The notes below the pieces were generated by a model. The model made no database searches. It was not told the DNA's origin and worked only from the letters and a program-made list of their open reading frames with translations. A program made the position numbers and the translations under genes. From Octopus sinensis (lineage: Eukaryota): DNA of 64,000 bases. Where the stretch lies: positions 83,328,001-83,392,000 of the forward strand of contig NC_042999.1 of the NCBI RefSeq assembly GCF_006345805.1, given 5' to 3'. Of the stretch, positions 13,290-27,148 are shown piece by piece (position 1 is the first letter of the stretch; each line of letters opens with the position of its first letter).

Positions 13290-13520
13290 ATCGACATGTG
13301 TGTGTCTTTGTGTTTGTGTTTGCACCTCTCCGCCCGCCACCGTTTGGCAACCGGTGTTGGTGCGTTTATGTCCCCTAAACTTAGCGGATCGGTAAAAGAT
13401 ACAGATAGAATAAATATCAGTCTTGTAAGTACTGGGGTCGATTCATTCGACTAAAATTTCTTCAAGGTGGTGCCCCAGTATGGCCGCAGTCTAACGACTG
13501 AAAGAAGTGAAAAAACAAAA
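13290..13520 (+). mobile_element. Family B SINE, 3' half
   Basis: CAACCGGTGTTGGTG...GTACTGGGGTCGAT...ATGGCCGCAGTC. Confidence 0.8.
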
Positions 13521-14094
13521 AAAACGATAAATGATCCTGATACTACCATACACAGCTTTGGAAATAGTATTGTGTTTCCGTTAGTACAGTCTTTAACGAG
13601 CTATAATTATACCTGGGTACAATGGAAGGGTTGTTGAGCTAAAACTGGGTGGCATGGACTTCAGCCTTGTTTTCTGGTCTTTACAAAAAAATTGGTAACC
13701 ACATGGTAAGTGCCATGTTTAAAAATAATAATGCTTTGACCTCATCATCAAAGGATTTGGTGACATTTTCATGGTATTTACACACTGTAAGAACGAAATG
13801 CAAGAAAAATTAGTAATTAAAAACCTGCATATTATTCCACGATTTTTTGAAATATTAATGTCTTTTAGAAATGCATGCAACATGAATCTTCTCTTCTTCA
13901 CATATGCATATCTCATCAAGTATAATTCCTTATTAAAATCATGTAAACAAATGCAAAGAATTAAGATCTACATATATATATATATTCGTAGAAATATATG
14001 CCAATGTACTTATCCTGTTCCAATAAATATGTGTACAATAAGAATATACATAAAATACTCATATTCACATCACATAAATGTGTGTGTGTGTGTA

Positions 14095-14313
14095 TGACGA
14101 GGTGCTGAAAATTTCCTGGCTTTAAGGGTATCGCGAAAAGCCTGGTGGGAGGGCCTGATTTTCAGGGTTCTTTTACATAGTTTAGAAAAACTGAAGGACT
14201 CTTACAATAAGTGTATGAATCTGAGAGGGGAATATATTAAATAAAATCACAATTAACTTATCCGCCTGTATTTTCTTTCACCCAAAGCCAGAAACTTTTC
14301 AGTACACCTCTCG
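14095..14313 (+). mobile_element. Mariner-derived MITE (internal deletion derivative)
   Basis: Imperfect TIRs GGTGCTGAAAATTTCCTGGCTTT / AAAGCCAGAAACTTTTCAGTACACC; retains a transposase C-terminal remnant (..CMNLRGEYIK*); left flank TA. Confidence 0.8.
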
Positions 14314-14637
14314 TGTACACACACAAACACACATACATGTAAAGGAAGCATTCAGAATTTTAAGTAATTCTTTATTTAGCGCTTTCGTCCATTCGTTGGG
14401 ACTCTTCAACGAAGGGACGAAAGCGCCAACTAAAGAATTATCCAAAATTATTATGACTGTCTCTTTTTTCTTAATATACAAAATCTGTATATATATATAT
14501 TTAAGTAGGTGAATGAATTATCCTAGTATTGATAATTCGGTTAACCGATACCTGGGTAGCAAATTCACGTCAGAAAACACGGTTGAAGCTACATGCCAAG
14601 GGTAGAAACTCCGTGTTCTTGTGTGGTAATTTGTGTA

Positions 14638-15146
<509 letters not shown>

Positions 15147-15147
15147 A

Positions 15148-15559
15148 TCTATATATAGTGTGTATGTCTGTGTTTGTCCCCATCACACACACTTCTTCAC
15201 AACCGGTGCTGGTGTGTTTATGTCCCTGTAATGTAGCGGTTCGGGAAAAGACCCATAGAATAAATACCAGGCTTTAAAAAACATAAATACTGGGGTCGAT
15301 ACATTCGATTAAAATTTCTTCAATATATATTATCTGTTATTTGTTTTAGTCCTTAGACTGCGGCAATGCTGGGGAACGGCCTTGAAGAAATTTTAATCGA
15401 ATGTATCGACCCCAGTACTTATGTTTTTTAAAGCCTGGTATTTATTCTATGGGTCTCTTTTCCCGAACCGCTACATTACAGGGACATAAACACACCAGCA
15501 CCGGTTGTGAAGAAGTGTGTGTGATGGGGACAAACACAGACATACACACTATATATAGA
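15148..15559. repeat. Inverted duplication of a family B SINE segment
   Basis: Arms 15148-15323 and 15382-15559, ~98% identical, 58-bp spacer. Confidence 0.92.
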
Positions 15560-16049
15560 CATAAACACACACCCACACACACATTTATATATATAAACAC
15601 AAATGCACCACGGACTACTTTCAGTTTCCGTCTACCGGATCCCCGCGCAAGGCGTTGATCGAACGAGGCTGTAGATGAAGACACTCACTCAATGTGACAT
15701 ACAGTAGGATTGAACCTCGAACCATGTTGTCGGTAAACAAGCTTCTTACCACTCACCCACACCTTCGAGCTATATAGAGATATGTATGAATATATGTGTG
15801 TGTTGTTGTTTTTCACATCGTATGGATATAGAAACTACGAGAACATGAATTTCGGAACGATGAATCTCGAAGCAGATAAAGCTATGAATATTGACCTTTG
15901 GATCGAAGAAGTCGAAAGCTACTCCTGCCACTCGAGCCTAATTCTGTAGACATGATATGCGTTCTACCACTAGACCAAAGCAATCCTTTGAATTCCTTTA
16001 GAGGTTTTAGAAATTTATTATTACCACCGACAGTTGTAAATATGCGTCT

Positions 16050-16124
16050 GTATGCACACATACATACGTGTATACATACATATATATTTACACGTACAAA
16101 CACTCATACGTATATGTATGTATG

Positions 16125-16165
<41 letters not shown>

Positions 16166-16839
16166 ACACGCATACATATACATATACAAATATACATACA
16201 CACACACACACACACTTATATATATACAAACACACACACATATATATATATATACATATATACATAGGTGTATATATGTACATATGTGTACATATACACA
16301 TATGCATGTAGACATACGCATATATATTTACACATATACATATTTACATATATGCACATATACGAATATATACTTATATACATGTACATACATATACATA
16401 TATGCACATATACGAATATATACTTATACACATATACATACATATATATACACATATAGATACATATGTATATATATATACATATATATATATATATGTA
16501 TGCACATACACATATATATGTATACACATATACATATATATACACATATACATATACATATATACATACACACACATACATATATATATATATCATATAT
16601 ATATATAGTATATATTATATATATATATATCTATATATATATAATATATATATTATATATATATATATTCGCATACACACCTTTATTCTATTAATGGTCT
16701 CAGTCATTGGTCTGCGGCCATTCAGGGACACCAACTTCAAGTGCTTTTAGTCGTTATATCGACTTTGTCTGGTACTTGTTTTTTGATTACAAAAGAGGGA
16801 GGAATAATAACAACGTATTCTAACTCGCCACACCGACGC

Positions 16840-16909
<70 letters not shown>

Positions 16910-16959
16910 ATATATTACTCATATATATAACTCATATATAATATACATATATATATATG

Positions 16960-17005
<46 letters not shown>

Positions 17006-17137
17006 ATGATATATATATATATAATGATATATATATATATATATATATAATATAGATACATACATATATACCTATATATATATATCTATCTACATATATC
17101 TATCATATCTATATCTATATATATATCTATGTGTATG

Positions 17138-17192
<55 letters not shown>

Positions 17193-17294
17193 CACATCCT
17201 CCTCTCTCTCTCTCATACAATACATAAAACACATTTGTAACTGTTTTGATATGACATATATGTGTGTCTCTGTGTCTGTTTGTATATGTATATG

Positions 17295-17340
<46 letters not shown>

Positions 17341-17913
17341 TGTGTACATATATATGTGCATGTGTGTGTGTGTTTAGAAAATGAACAGATAGATTGAAAC
17401 AGAGACAAAACAGGGGAAAGAGGTATAGGTGGACAATGTATGCTCAATATAGAAGAGAGTATGTACCACGTGTGAGAGTCTCCGTATTTGTGTATATGTA
17501 CATATATTTGTGCAATCATTGTCGTGATATTCCGCGTATGCAAGCATGTGTGTGTGTGCGTGCGTGTGTACGTTGGCGAATGTCTTGCTCGCAAGATTAT
17601 TATTGTCCTGTTTTATCCGGTCTTCCTGGTCTGATGGCAAGGCTCTAAAGGTGAACACAAAAACAAAAAAAAAGAGAAAGAAAAATAAACAGAAAGAAAA
17701 AATGGGGTAACAACGTGAACATGAAAGAAAGAAAGAAAAAAGATAAGGTTGACTGTTTTATGTTGTTTTCCGACGTTCCTTCAACAGCAAATCAATGATT
17801 TCAATTAATCGATTCGGTCTTTCATTGCCAACACTATATATATATATAAAATATAATATATATATACATACTGACAGAGAAACGCATGAAGATATACATA
17901 AATGCGTATATAT

Positions 17914-17987
<74 letters not shown>

Positions 17988-18087
17988 CATACATATATAT
18001 AATATATATAATACATATTTATATACATATATATGTATTTTTCTATATATATGCTCATATATTTACTGTTATGTATGTATGCTCATG

Positions 18088-18118
<31 letters not shown>

Positions 18119-18226
18119 CTGTGTGTACTAGTATATATGTATATGTCATACAAATGTATGTGTGTACGCATTTACATGCATACATGTATGATACATATAT
18201 ACGTATACGTGCATGTATGTGTGTGT

Positions 18227-18272
<46 letters not shown>

Positions 18273-18838
18273 CGCAATAATATATAATACCATGATCTGT
18301 GTGTGTGTGTGTGTGTGTGTGTGTATCTGTGTTTACGTATGTAGTGGGTATTTGTATTATGAATCAAGAAGCTTTAGCTTGCAATAAAACCTACAAGCTT
18401 TATATATTGAGCCCGTCTTCGTCCGTTGTAAACACACAATAGTCTACAAATCCATATGGGTGTGTGTCTGTATGATTAGTACAACGAGACTAGGTTGCAT
18501 CCTAAGATGATGTAAGAGCATTAAAAGAGAACAAAATAAAAAAAAATAATAATAACAATAATATAATATACAACATTAACGACGTATTAATATCAATGAA
18601 TAAATAATCAATTAATATATACAATTAATAAACATTAACTTGATGGGAACGGTGAGTAGGCACAATTACAATAATAACATAATTACATTGACATACATTT
18701 AGAGCCTCCTATCCATATGTACTCTCTCACATGCATTGCGTATACGAGTTACAGATGCACAGCATATACGCGCGCATGTGTGTGTGAGTGAATATATATA
18801 TATATAACCTATATTATCTATATCTCTCTCTCTCTATC

Positions 18839-18872
<34 letters not shown>

Positions 18873-18895
18873 ATATATATATATATGTATATATA

Positions 18896-18947
<52 letters not shown>

Positions 18948-19000
18948 ATATAATATATATATATATAATATATATTATTTCTTTACTGCCCACAAAGGCA
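16050..19000. repeat. Complex (TA)n/(TACA)n/(CA)n microsatellite field
   Basis: Directly visible; explains dozens of YI/CV-rich ORFs. Confidence 0.95.
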
Positions 19001-19137
19001 AAACATAGAGGGGACAAACAAGGACAGACAAAGGGATTAAGTCGATTATATCGACCCCAGTGCGTAACTGGTACTTTACTTATCGACCCCGAAAGGATGA
19101 AAGGCAAAGTCGGCGGAATTTGAACTCAGAACGTAAC
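18978..19137 (-). mobile_element. Family A SINE, 5'-truncated
   Basis: Reverse complement of core and tail. Confidence 0.88.
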
Positions 19138-19344
19138 ATATATATATATATATAATATATATATATATAATGCACACATATACACATATATAATCTGAAT
19201 GTTACTAACATGATCAAAGTCTCACTGTCTGCCTGCTTTTGTAGATGTTTCTCTCTCTCACACCTCTCTCTCTGTCTCTGTCTCTGCACACACACACATC
19301 ATAAATAATACATCTCTGGCACCTTCATAGAGTACGGGGAGATG

Positions 19345-19614
19345 TTTTTACACATCGCTGGTCATAATGCGTTCGCGTTGTTTTAGCCTTTGAATGACGC
19401 CACCCCGCTGGCTAAGCGAGCAGGCCAACAGAAGAAAGAGTGGGAGAAATAGTGGTGAAAGGGTACAGCAGGGATCACCAGCCCCTGCCGGAGCCTCGTG
19501 GAGCTTTTAGGTGTTTTCGCTCAATAAACACTCACAATACCCGGTCTGGGAATCGATACAGCGATCCTCCGACCGCGAGTCCGCTGCCCTAACCACTGGG
19601 CCATTGCGCCTCCA
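19345..19614 (-). mobile_element. tRNA-SINE family C
   Basis: Head GGAGGCGCAATGGCCCAGTGGTTAGGGCAGCGGACTCGCGGTCGGAGGATCGCTGTATCGATTCCCAG with A and B boxes. Confidence 0.85.
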
Positions 19615-19629
19615 CACACACACACACAT

Positions 19630-19663
<34 letters not shown>

Positions 19664-20547
19664 CAAGTAGGTACTGTAAATTTAGAGTGAATACTTGATA
19701 AGTGTAAGCACCTGTACACTTGCAATATTGTGATGTAATCTTTGGACTAACAATGTTTGCGGCTGAAGAGAGCTTTAAACCATCTTTTATATCAATAATG
19801 CACTGATGTAATAACGGATTGTTTATAAAGCTTGAAGCACGTGTACCACGATATCCTTTGTGTTCTGTTTTTAATTTATATCTGATATATATATATACAT
19901 ACATATACACACATTTAATTGTTTCTATATACATATATTTAGGTATATGATACACACACACATACACGCAAATGAGTGAAGTGGAATGTAGCGTGGCAAT
20001 ATATAATTATATAATATACATCGGAAACATGATTTGTGAATCACACATCAAAAATTTCATTGTTTGTATTTCTCCCACCGAATAAACTTCAGAAAATGTG
20101 TCGCATATTCGTCTAATCAATGCTCAGAGAACACGTGTTAATAATGCAAAAAACACGTTATATGTCTCTTTGTCTTTAACATTATATGCATTACAAAGGC
20201 AAGCTCCCAAACTAGCTATTGTAGTCTATATTTAATACTGATAAACAGCTTAGTGTTTTGAAAAAAATATTTGTCAGGACTATTTTTTCAGTATGTGGGA
20301 AATCTTATGGAGAAAATAATCTATGTAGCCATTTGTTATTTAAAATAACGATGGAAGTGTCTGTCAGGGAACACTGATTACGATTATTTCCTCAAAAGTG
20401 TTAAAGGTAGGGAAACAATGTTATATTCGTCTGAGGAATAAAGATACGCACTTTCTGGAACCATAAATGTAGGGTGATACATTTCCTTTTTTGGATGAAT
20501 TAATTTTTAGTGATAACATTCTCATCCGCTAAAAACGTGATATATAC

Positions 20548-20960
20548 TCTTTACTCTTTACTCTTTTACTTGTTTCAGTCATTTGACTGCGGCCATGCTG
20601 GAGCACCGCCTTTAGTCGAGCAAATCGACCCCGGTACTTATTCTTTTGTAAGCCCAGTACTTATTCTATCGGTCTCTTTTGCCGAACCGCTAAGTGACGG
20701 GGACGTAAACACACCAGCATCGGTTGTCAACCAATGCTAGGGGGACAAACACAGACACACAAACATATACACACACACTTATATATATATACATATATAC
20801 GACAGGCTTCTTTCAGTTTCCGCCTACCAAATCCACTCACAAGGCATTGGTCGACCCGGTGCTATAGCAGAAGACACTTGCCCAAGATGTCACGCAGTGG
20901 GACTGAACCCGGAACCATGTGGTTGGTTAGCAAGCTACTTACCACACAGCCACTCCTGCA
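20548..20960 (-). mobile_element. Family B SINE, full length
   Basis: Head GTGGCTGTGTGGTAAGTAGCTTGC...GGGTTCAGTCCC through tail GACTGAAACAAGTAAAAGAG. Confidence 0.92.
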
Positions 20961-21736
20961 CCTATATATATATATTAAATATATATAAGTGTTGTTTATG
21001 GCCACTTTAATGTGGCTGCCCTCTAAGACAAGACAATACCACCATTTAACTTCAGAAAGACATCTCTTCCAGCAGGCTTATTCAGTGCGCTTCTCGCACC
21101 CGTTATTTATTGCATGCGGGAGATAACTCCTGCCACCCCGGCTTCAAGTCCACCAGACCATGTGGTTTTGATCTGTATTGGATCTTCTCGGTGGTGGGTA
21201 CATGTTGCCAGTTATGGTAGCAGTTTACCTCGCTTGCAATATGTAGAATATACAACGTCATACAATCACTGATTTTGTATTTGAAAATCTCTGTACCCCC
21301 CCCCCCACACCACACATAATGAATCTCGTGTAGTGATGTTTTAAGTAGTCTTTCTGGGTTTCTGTACGTATGCGTTTCTTGATAGGTGAATACTTTTTAA
21401 AAGATGTTCAGGAAGCCCTATATAGTTTTTGGGTTACTGTAAGAAAGATCTTTATCTATAAATTGACACTTTAGAATGACACATATTGTCAAGAAAGTAG
21501 ACATTTTGGTTGATGCAATTACATTGTGGATAAAATTCTTCCGTTGTCGTACCGAAACTCTTTTGACTGTATAAACTATTAAAATTTCTACAGTAATTTT
21601 AGCCTATCGTAATGATATTTTTTACTTAATACCTAATGAAATCTTTAGGGTATCTTCGGTATATCAAGGGGGAAATGCATATAAATATTATATGACTCCG
21701 AGGAAACCTGGGATTAATGGAGCAAGCAATTATACT

Positions 21737-22012
21737 ATTTATTTTTTATTTATGCGCCCTTTTGAAGCCTAGCCAGGCTCACGGGCCCGGTTTTTCCGGT
21801 TTCTATGGCGTATGTGTTCCCCCCAGCTGGAACGAGTAAGAGAAAGTTGGGGTGAAAGAGTACAACAGGGGTTGCCGCCACCCCCCGCCGGAGCCTCGTG
21901 GTGCTTTAGGTGTTTTCGCTCAATAATCACACACAACACCCGGTCTGGGAATTGAAACCGCGATCCTCCGACCGCGAGTCCGCTACCCTAACCACTGGGC
22001 CATTACGCCGCC
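21737..22012 (-). mobile_element. tRNA-SINE family C with a different 3' module
   Basis: Same head as 19345-19614; tail CATAGAAACCGGAAAAACCGGGCCCGTGAGCCTGGCTAGGC. Confidence 0.82.
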
Positions 22013-22706
22013 AATTATATATACTATGGAAAGGTTTATATCATAATATTTCCATCGTCTACTTTTGGATTTATGAATATGAATGTTGTTTATTATTCAA
22101 AGAATGTAGACCATTTTTTAAGCTCATATCTTTCAATACGTCTTTGTAATGATGAACATGTTTAAAATATTTCTCAAGGATAAGCTGTCATGTGTCATTA
22201 AAGAAAATTTTAGCATTATTATAGAATAGCAGGAATTTATATTAAAACACTGAAATTGCTCATTATGTTCGCTGCATGGACAGTATTTACCCGCATCTAA
22301 CTATAAAATTATATATATGTTTGGATTCCCATCTGCTGTGAATTTCAATTCTAACTAATGAAAATGTTGATAATCGCCTACTTAGCAGTATCCATTTTGT
22401 GGCCATTCAAAATGTGTAGTCCATCATTATAGTAAAGACCGGATCTTACAGAGCGAAGTTTCTTCCGATTTAAGTCTAAGGTGTGTCATGCAATTAATTC
22501 GCAAATGTCAGATCCCATCGTCGGTCAAGTAACTATATTAAACAATTCCTGGACGGCATGTTAAATCCCAAAAGTAGTATAACATGGCAAAGAGTGCCTA
22601 GCGTGCGCAATAATATCTTACTATATGGTCACAAACGAAACATTAGATATTTTTATTATTTACCTGTTAATCAGAAACGAGAAACTTTAAGGAGCATGTC
22701 ATCGAA

Positions 22707-22755
<49 letters not shown>

Positions 22756-23566
22756 TATATAATATATATATATATAATATATATATAATATATATATATA
22801 TACGTGTGTGTGTGTGTGTGTGTGTGATGTTTATTTTAAGAATAGCCAAGGAAACTGAAAAAGGCTATGCAGACTAGCAGAGTAAATTGATAATGTATTT
22901 AAGAAATAATTTGTTTCTTTGCTCAGGGGATATCGGGCATTAAACTATCATCGTCAATTAAATCAATATGTCGATGTATAATAGACCTGTCAGGACTACC
23001 TAACAAGTTAAAGAAACAGTGTCTGTCACAATGGGAATCTAGCAGGGATTACTTATTTGCGAACTAAGGCCTTTATTTGTTGTCAATTAACAATGAAATA
23101 GTATGAAGTAAATTATAAATATATTACCTTCAGGAATGTAAGTTATTTCTTTAAACAACGATTGTAGATTCGTTTGCTATGGCAGTAAATCTTTCCCAGC
23201 CTGTGAATAACAGGAATTTATCTATTTTCTAAATAGTAAGATTCGGAGCTTAATATTTCTGAAGAAGATATTTGGAAAAAAATTCTATAAATGATAGATG
23301 ATATTTAAAATAATATTAAAATTGATATTAAATGATACGTTATAATTTCAATTTGAATTAATAAAAACAACTAATTGAGATGATTTATATATTAAGGAAT
23401 AGTTTTAGTAAATGCAGCTGTGAAAAATTTTGAATGATTTGAAATTTCGTACTTTGTAGATGAAAGAAAATAAACATCCAACAGTAACTGTTCGTAACAG
23501 CTTTCAAAAAGAGAAAAATAACAATATGAAATTAAGAATTAATTTCATAGTTTTAATTTACATAAA

Positions 23567-23770
23567 AGCGGCGAGCTGGCAGAATCGTTAGCCTGCCGGT
23601 TAAAATACTTAGCGGCATTCCATTTGTCTTTACGTTCTGAGTTTAAATTCAATCGTGGCCGACTTTGCTTTTCATCCTTTCTGGATCGATAAAATAAGTA
23701 TACCAGTCGAGCAGTAGGGTCGATGTGATCAACTTACCCATCCCACCGAAATATAGTAGAAAGGAATATT
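23567..23770 (+). mobile_element. Family A SINE (alternative tail), diverged
   Basis: GCGGCGAGCTGGCAGAATCGTTAG head and core. Confidence 0.82.
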
Positions 23771-26189
23771 TATTTATATGAACGTGACGAACTGGTAGAA
23801 TCATTAAGCACATCAGGCAAAATGTTTAACGGCTAAATGCCGGTCTTTACGTATGTTTGTGTATTGTTCTGTTAGTATCTGTGTCTTTTTTCTTTTCTTT
23901 TTTTTCATTCAGAAAACAGAAAAAAAGAATGGAACAATAACAGTCCCTTCCACCATACTACGCAACATGACGTCTAAAGACAATGGGAAACGAAAAAATA
24001 AAAGGCACAGATACAAACAGGATAATGCATAAACCCATATACACACACAAAAGACACACATATACATGCTTAAGATGAAATGAGGAAATCAAATAAATAA
24101 ATAAATAAATAATAAACAAAGGGTACGGATACAAATACTACAGTGAGCAAACCAATATACAGACACACAAAACATAGAGATGCGTACACCCACGCACGTG
24201 CGAACGTATGCGCGAATAAGGATGCATACCACAGAAAAACAGAATCGATTAAACAGAACAGGAGGAGTCACGTGGAATGGAGAGTCGCTGAAGGGGTCGC
24301 AAGATGTGTTATGAAATATTTCCAGACAATGGACATAAAATAAGAACAATAATAAAGAAGAGAAGTACGAATATATAGTGCGTGTGTTTATTTGGCATGA
24401 AATAAAAATAACTATCTAGAAACATAACAATATCTGTTTCAACACACCATTTCATATCAGGAATCTTGCAAAACAAATTCATAAACGTCAATTATATCAC
24501 TCTTTAAGTTATTTATCCGCATATATGGCAATGTCACATTTTAGCTATTTCTTTTAATTAATAATATTTAAAAAACTCAGGTGATTGTATTTAAAAATTT
24601 ATGAAAAGTTAATGAAAACAAATTAAGAAAGAGGAAAGTGTGCTTATGACTTCTCTCATTCTAGTGCTCATGCTTAAAACTATCGTTCCTGTACGTGTAA
24701 GTCAAGTTATGTAAATAATCTTTCATGCACGAGATGTAGTATATGAATTATGGTCATATAAAAATTTAGGTAAGAGACTTTTTCCTGAAAATTTTATGGG
24801 TACGAATTTTCTGGAAAATGCTAAGCGTAAAGCAGTCTATTTTAGGTGATGTGTTTTAAACAAATGGTCTAGGAATAGAGAAAAATGTAGAAGAACTGGA
24901 AAAGCATGCCATTAAAGGTATTAATTTATCTATCTTGGTATATGATTGGTTTGAAGCCCTGAAAGCTTCACAAATCATATGTCCGCACAAAGAGATTCTT
25001 TCCAAGAGTCTACGACTGAAAATAGTTTCTGAATTAAGTATTGATGATAGAAAGAAACCATATTCTTACCATAACCTTACTCTTAAAGACCGGAAGTCTT
25101 ACTTCACACATTTGCTTTAAATAAACCCCACTAAAACTGACTCGGTAAAATTAGTAAAAAAAAAAAAAAAAACACGTGAATAATTCTAAAATTTACACTA
25201 GTAAAATTACTATCACTATAGAACGACACTTAGAGAGTGTGAGAATAAAATTACCCAATAATAACCACGGCAATCTGCCATCAAAGAATATTTATCCCAC
25301 CAACGTTCAAACTCGGCTTATAATCTCCCGAACCATTATAGACGTTTCACAACCATAAATGAAAAGGAAATAAGTATTATGATGCTTGCCCGATAACTAC
25401 TTCATAAGAATAGAATAAGAACCATCTGATGTCAGATCGTGCTCACGATTAAGCTGAAGCCGAAATTCAGTGGGGATATATACTTATTTTGAAGTTTAAA
25501 GAAATTCTCCGTGATAACAGATGACAACTTTCTAGTTATAAAGAAAATCAACCACCCCTCCATTGTAGACATAAGAAAGAAAAATTTGTACTTGGTAAAA
25601 AAACGTATTCAAAATTACCATTGAAAATAACCTTCCAATTCCAAAATTCTTAGAGATCATCTTAAATTTTACTAAATGCTTTATATTTATCTATGGCGTA
25701 AACCCAGAGAAAGCTGTCACAGAGTATTGAAGTAGCCTGAAAATATGAAAAACTTTAGAGGAAAATAAGCATTTAAAAATTTAAATCTTCCATGAATTAA
25801 GAAACCAATCTCCATAGACTCCACTGTTCATTTTAAATTTCCTTTGTTCAAAATTGGATTGAAAAGATAACAAATCAGAAAGACATGAATAAGTCGACAA
25901 TTAACAATATGCTAAACAGAAAATTACTCGGTATAATACCGTTGTCACAACACCAGTTATCTCCCTAAATTACCTAGAAAACATTTCCATATAATCCAGA
26001 AATATCTCAAATATTATACATATGTACACACACACACACACACGCACACACACATGGCCTACGTTGAACTCCTCATTTGCATAATCACTGAACCTGGAGT
26101 TTAGCTATAGTCTGTCCATAGCACTTACTCAGCATTATCTGACACCTTTAGGTCTTATTGACACTATTACCTCTCATAACCTATATATG

Positions 26190-26229
<40 letters not shown>

Positions 26230-26420
26230 TACATATATTTGCTGCATTCTTAGATTCCTTCGTATTTCAGCGCACCATATGATGATGAGGTGATCTACGA
26301 TCCATCTTGTCGTTTATAATTTCTAATTATTCATTGGTCTTGATTATGGGTTGCAGAAGTGATCGTAATGGAAACGAAATAAACGGAATAACAATTACCT
26401 TCGTGTTATTCTTCAATGAT

Positions 26421-26519
<99 letters not shown>

Positions 26520-26814
26520 TATATATAAGCACAATCACACGTTTATAATTAAATAGTTTATTAATTAATCATGTTGCTGACAAATTAATAATATGCAAAT
26601 TAGTTCAGCTATTTCAATTACTTCCAATTTTGGGATTCATTCAATAAGGGTTGTTCGCAGGCAGGAAAACGAAGGATACTTACCCTTTCAGGAGTGGCCA
26701 ATCAACCATAAAACATGTTAGGACAATCTTTACGTTTCTGTCTGTGTATGGAATAATTAACTGAATTACATTTGTTTACCTTCTAAAGTGTAAGCTTTAT
26801 AAACTGTGAGATAA

Positions 26815-27148
26815 AATTATTAACCATCTTAGAAACAGTAACTCTGAGCACCTTTTCAAACTCCACCTGTCTAACACCCGTGGACATGTTTACAAAGTCA
26901 GAAAGCAGCACAGCTCCCATGACTTTCGGAAACATTTTTTCACGCTAAGAGTTGCTGAAGTATGGAACAAACTGCCGGCATCAGTTGTTAGTTGTCGGAG
27001 TACTGCATCCTTCAAAACTTTCATGCTTCCTGAGGTTCGCCAACACTACACCTGATTTTCTCCCCTCCATATACACGCAAGCATGAATCTGACTCATACA
27101 CTGTTCACTTTCCAGACATTTGTACATTACTGCATATACTTTATACGC
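26815..27148 (+). mobile_element. CR1-clade LINE 3' fragment
   Basis: NHLRNSNSEHLFKLHLSNTRGHVYKVRKQHSSHDFRKHFFTLRVAEVWNKLPASVVSCRSTASFK..HYT* (stop 27053-27055), then 3' UTR. Confidence 0.88.

Noticed and set aside
21010-21330. GC-balanced segment with 70-aa open frames
   Set aside because: No recognisable motif or splice structure; probably an unclassified TE fragment
26684-26741. Candidate minus-strand exon (RNVKIVLTCFMVDWPLLKG) with GTAAGT donor
   Set aside because: No recognisable protein; at this base composition roughly 20 GTAAGT hexamers per strand are expected by chance. Needs RNA-seq
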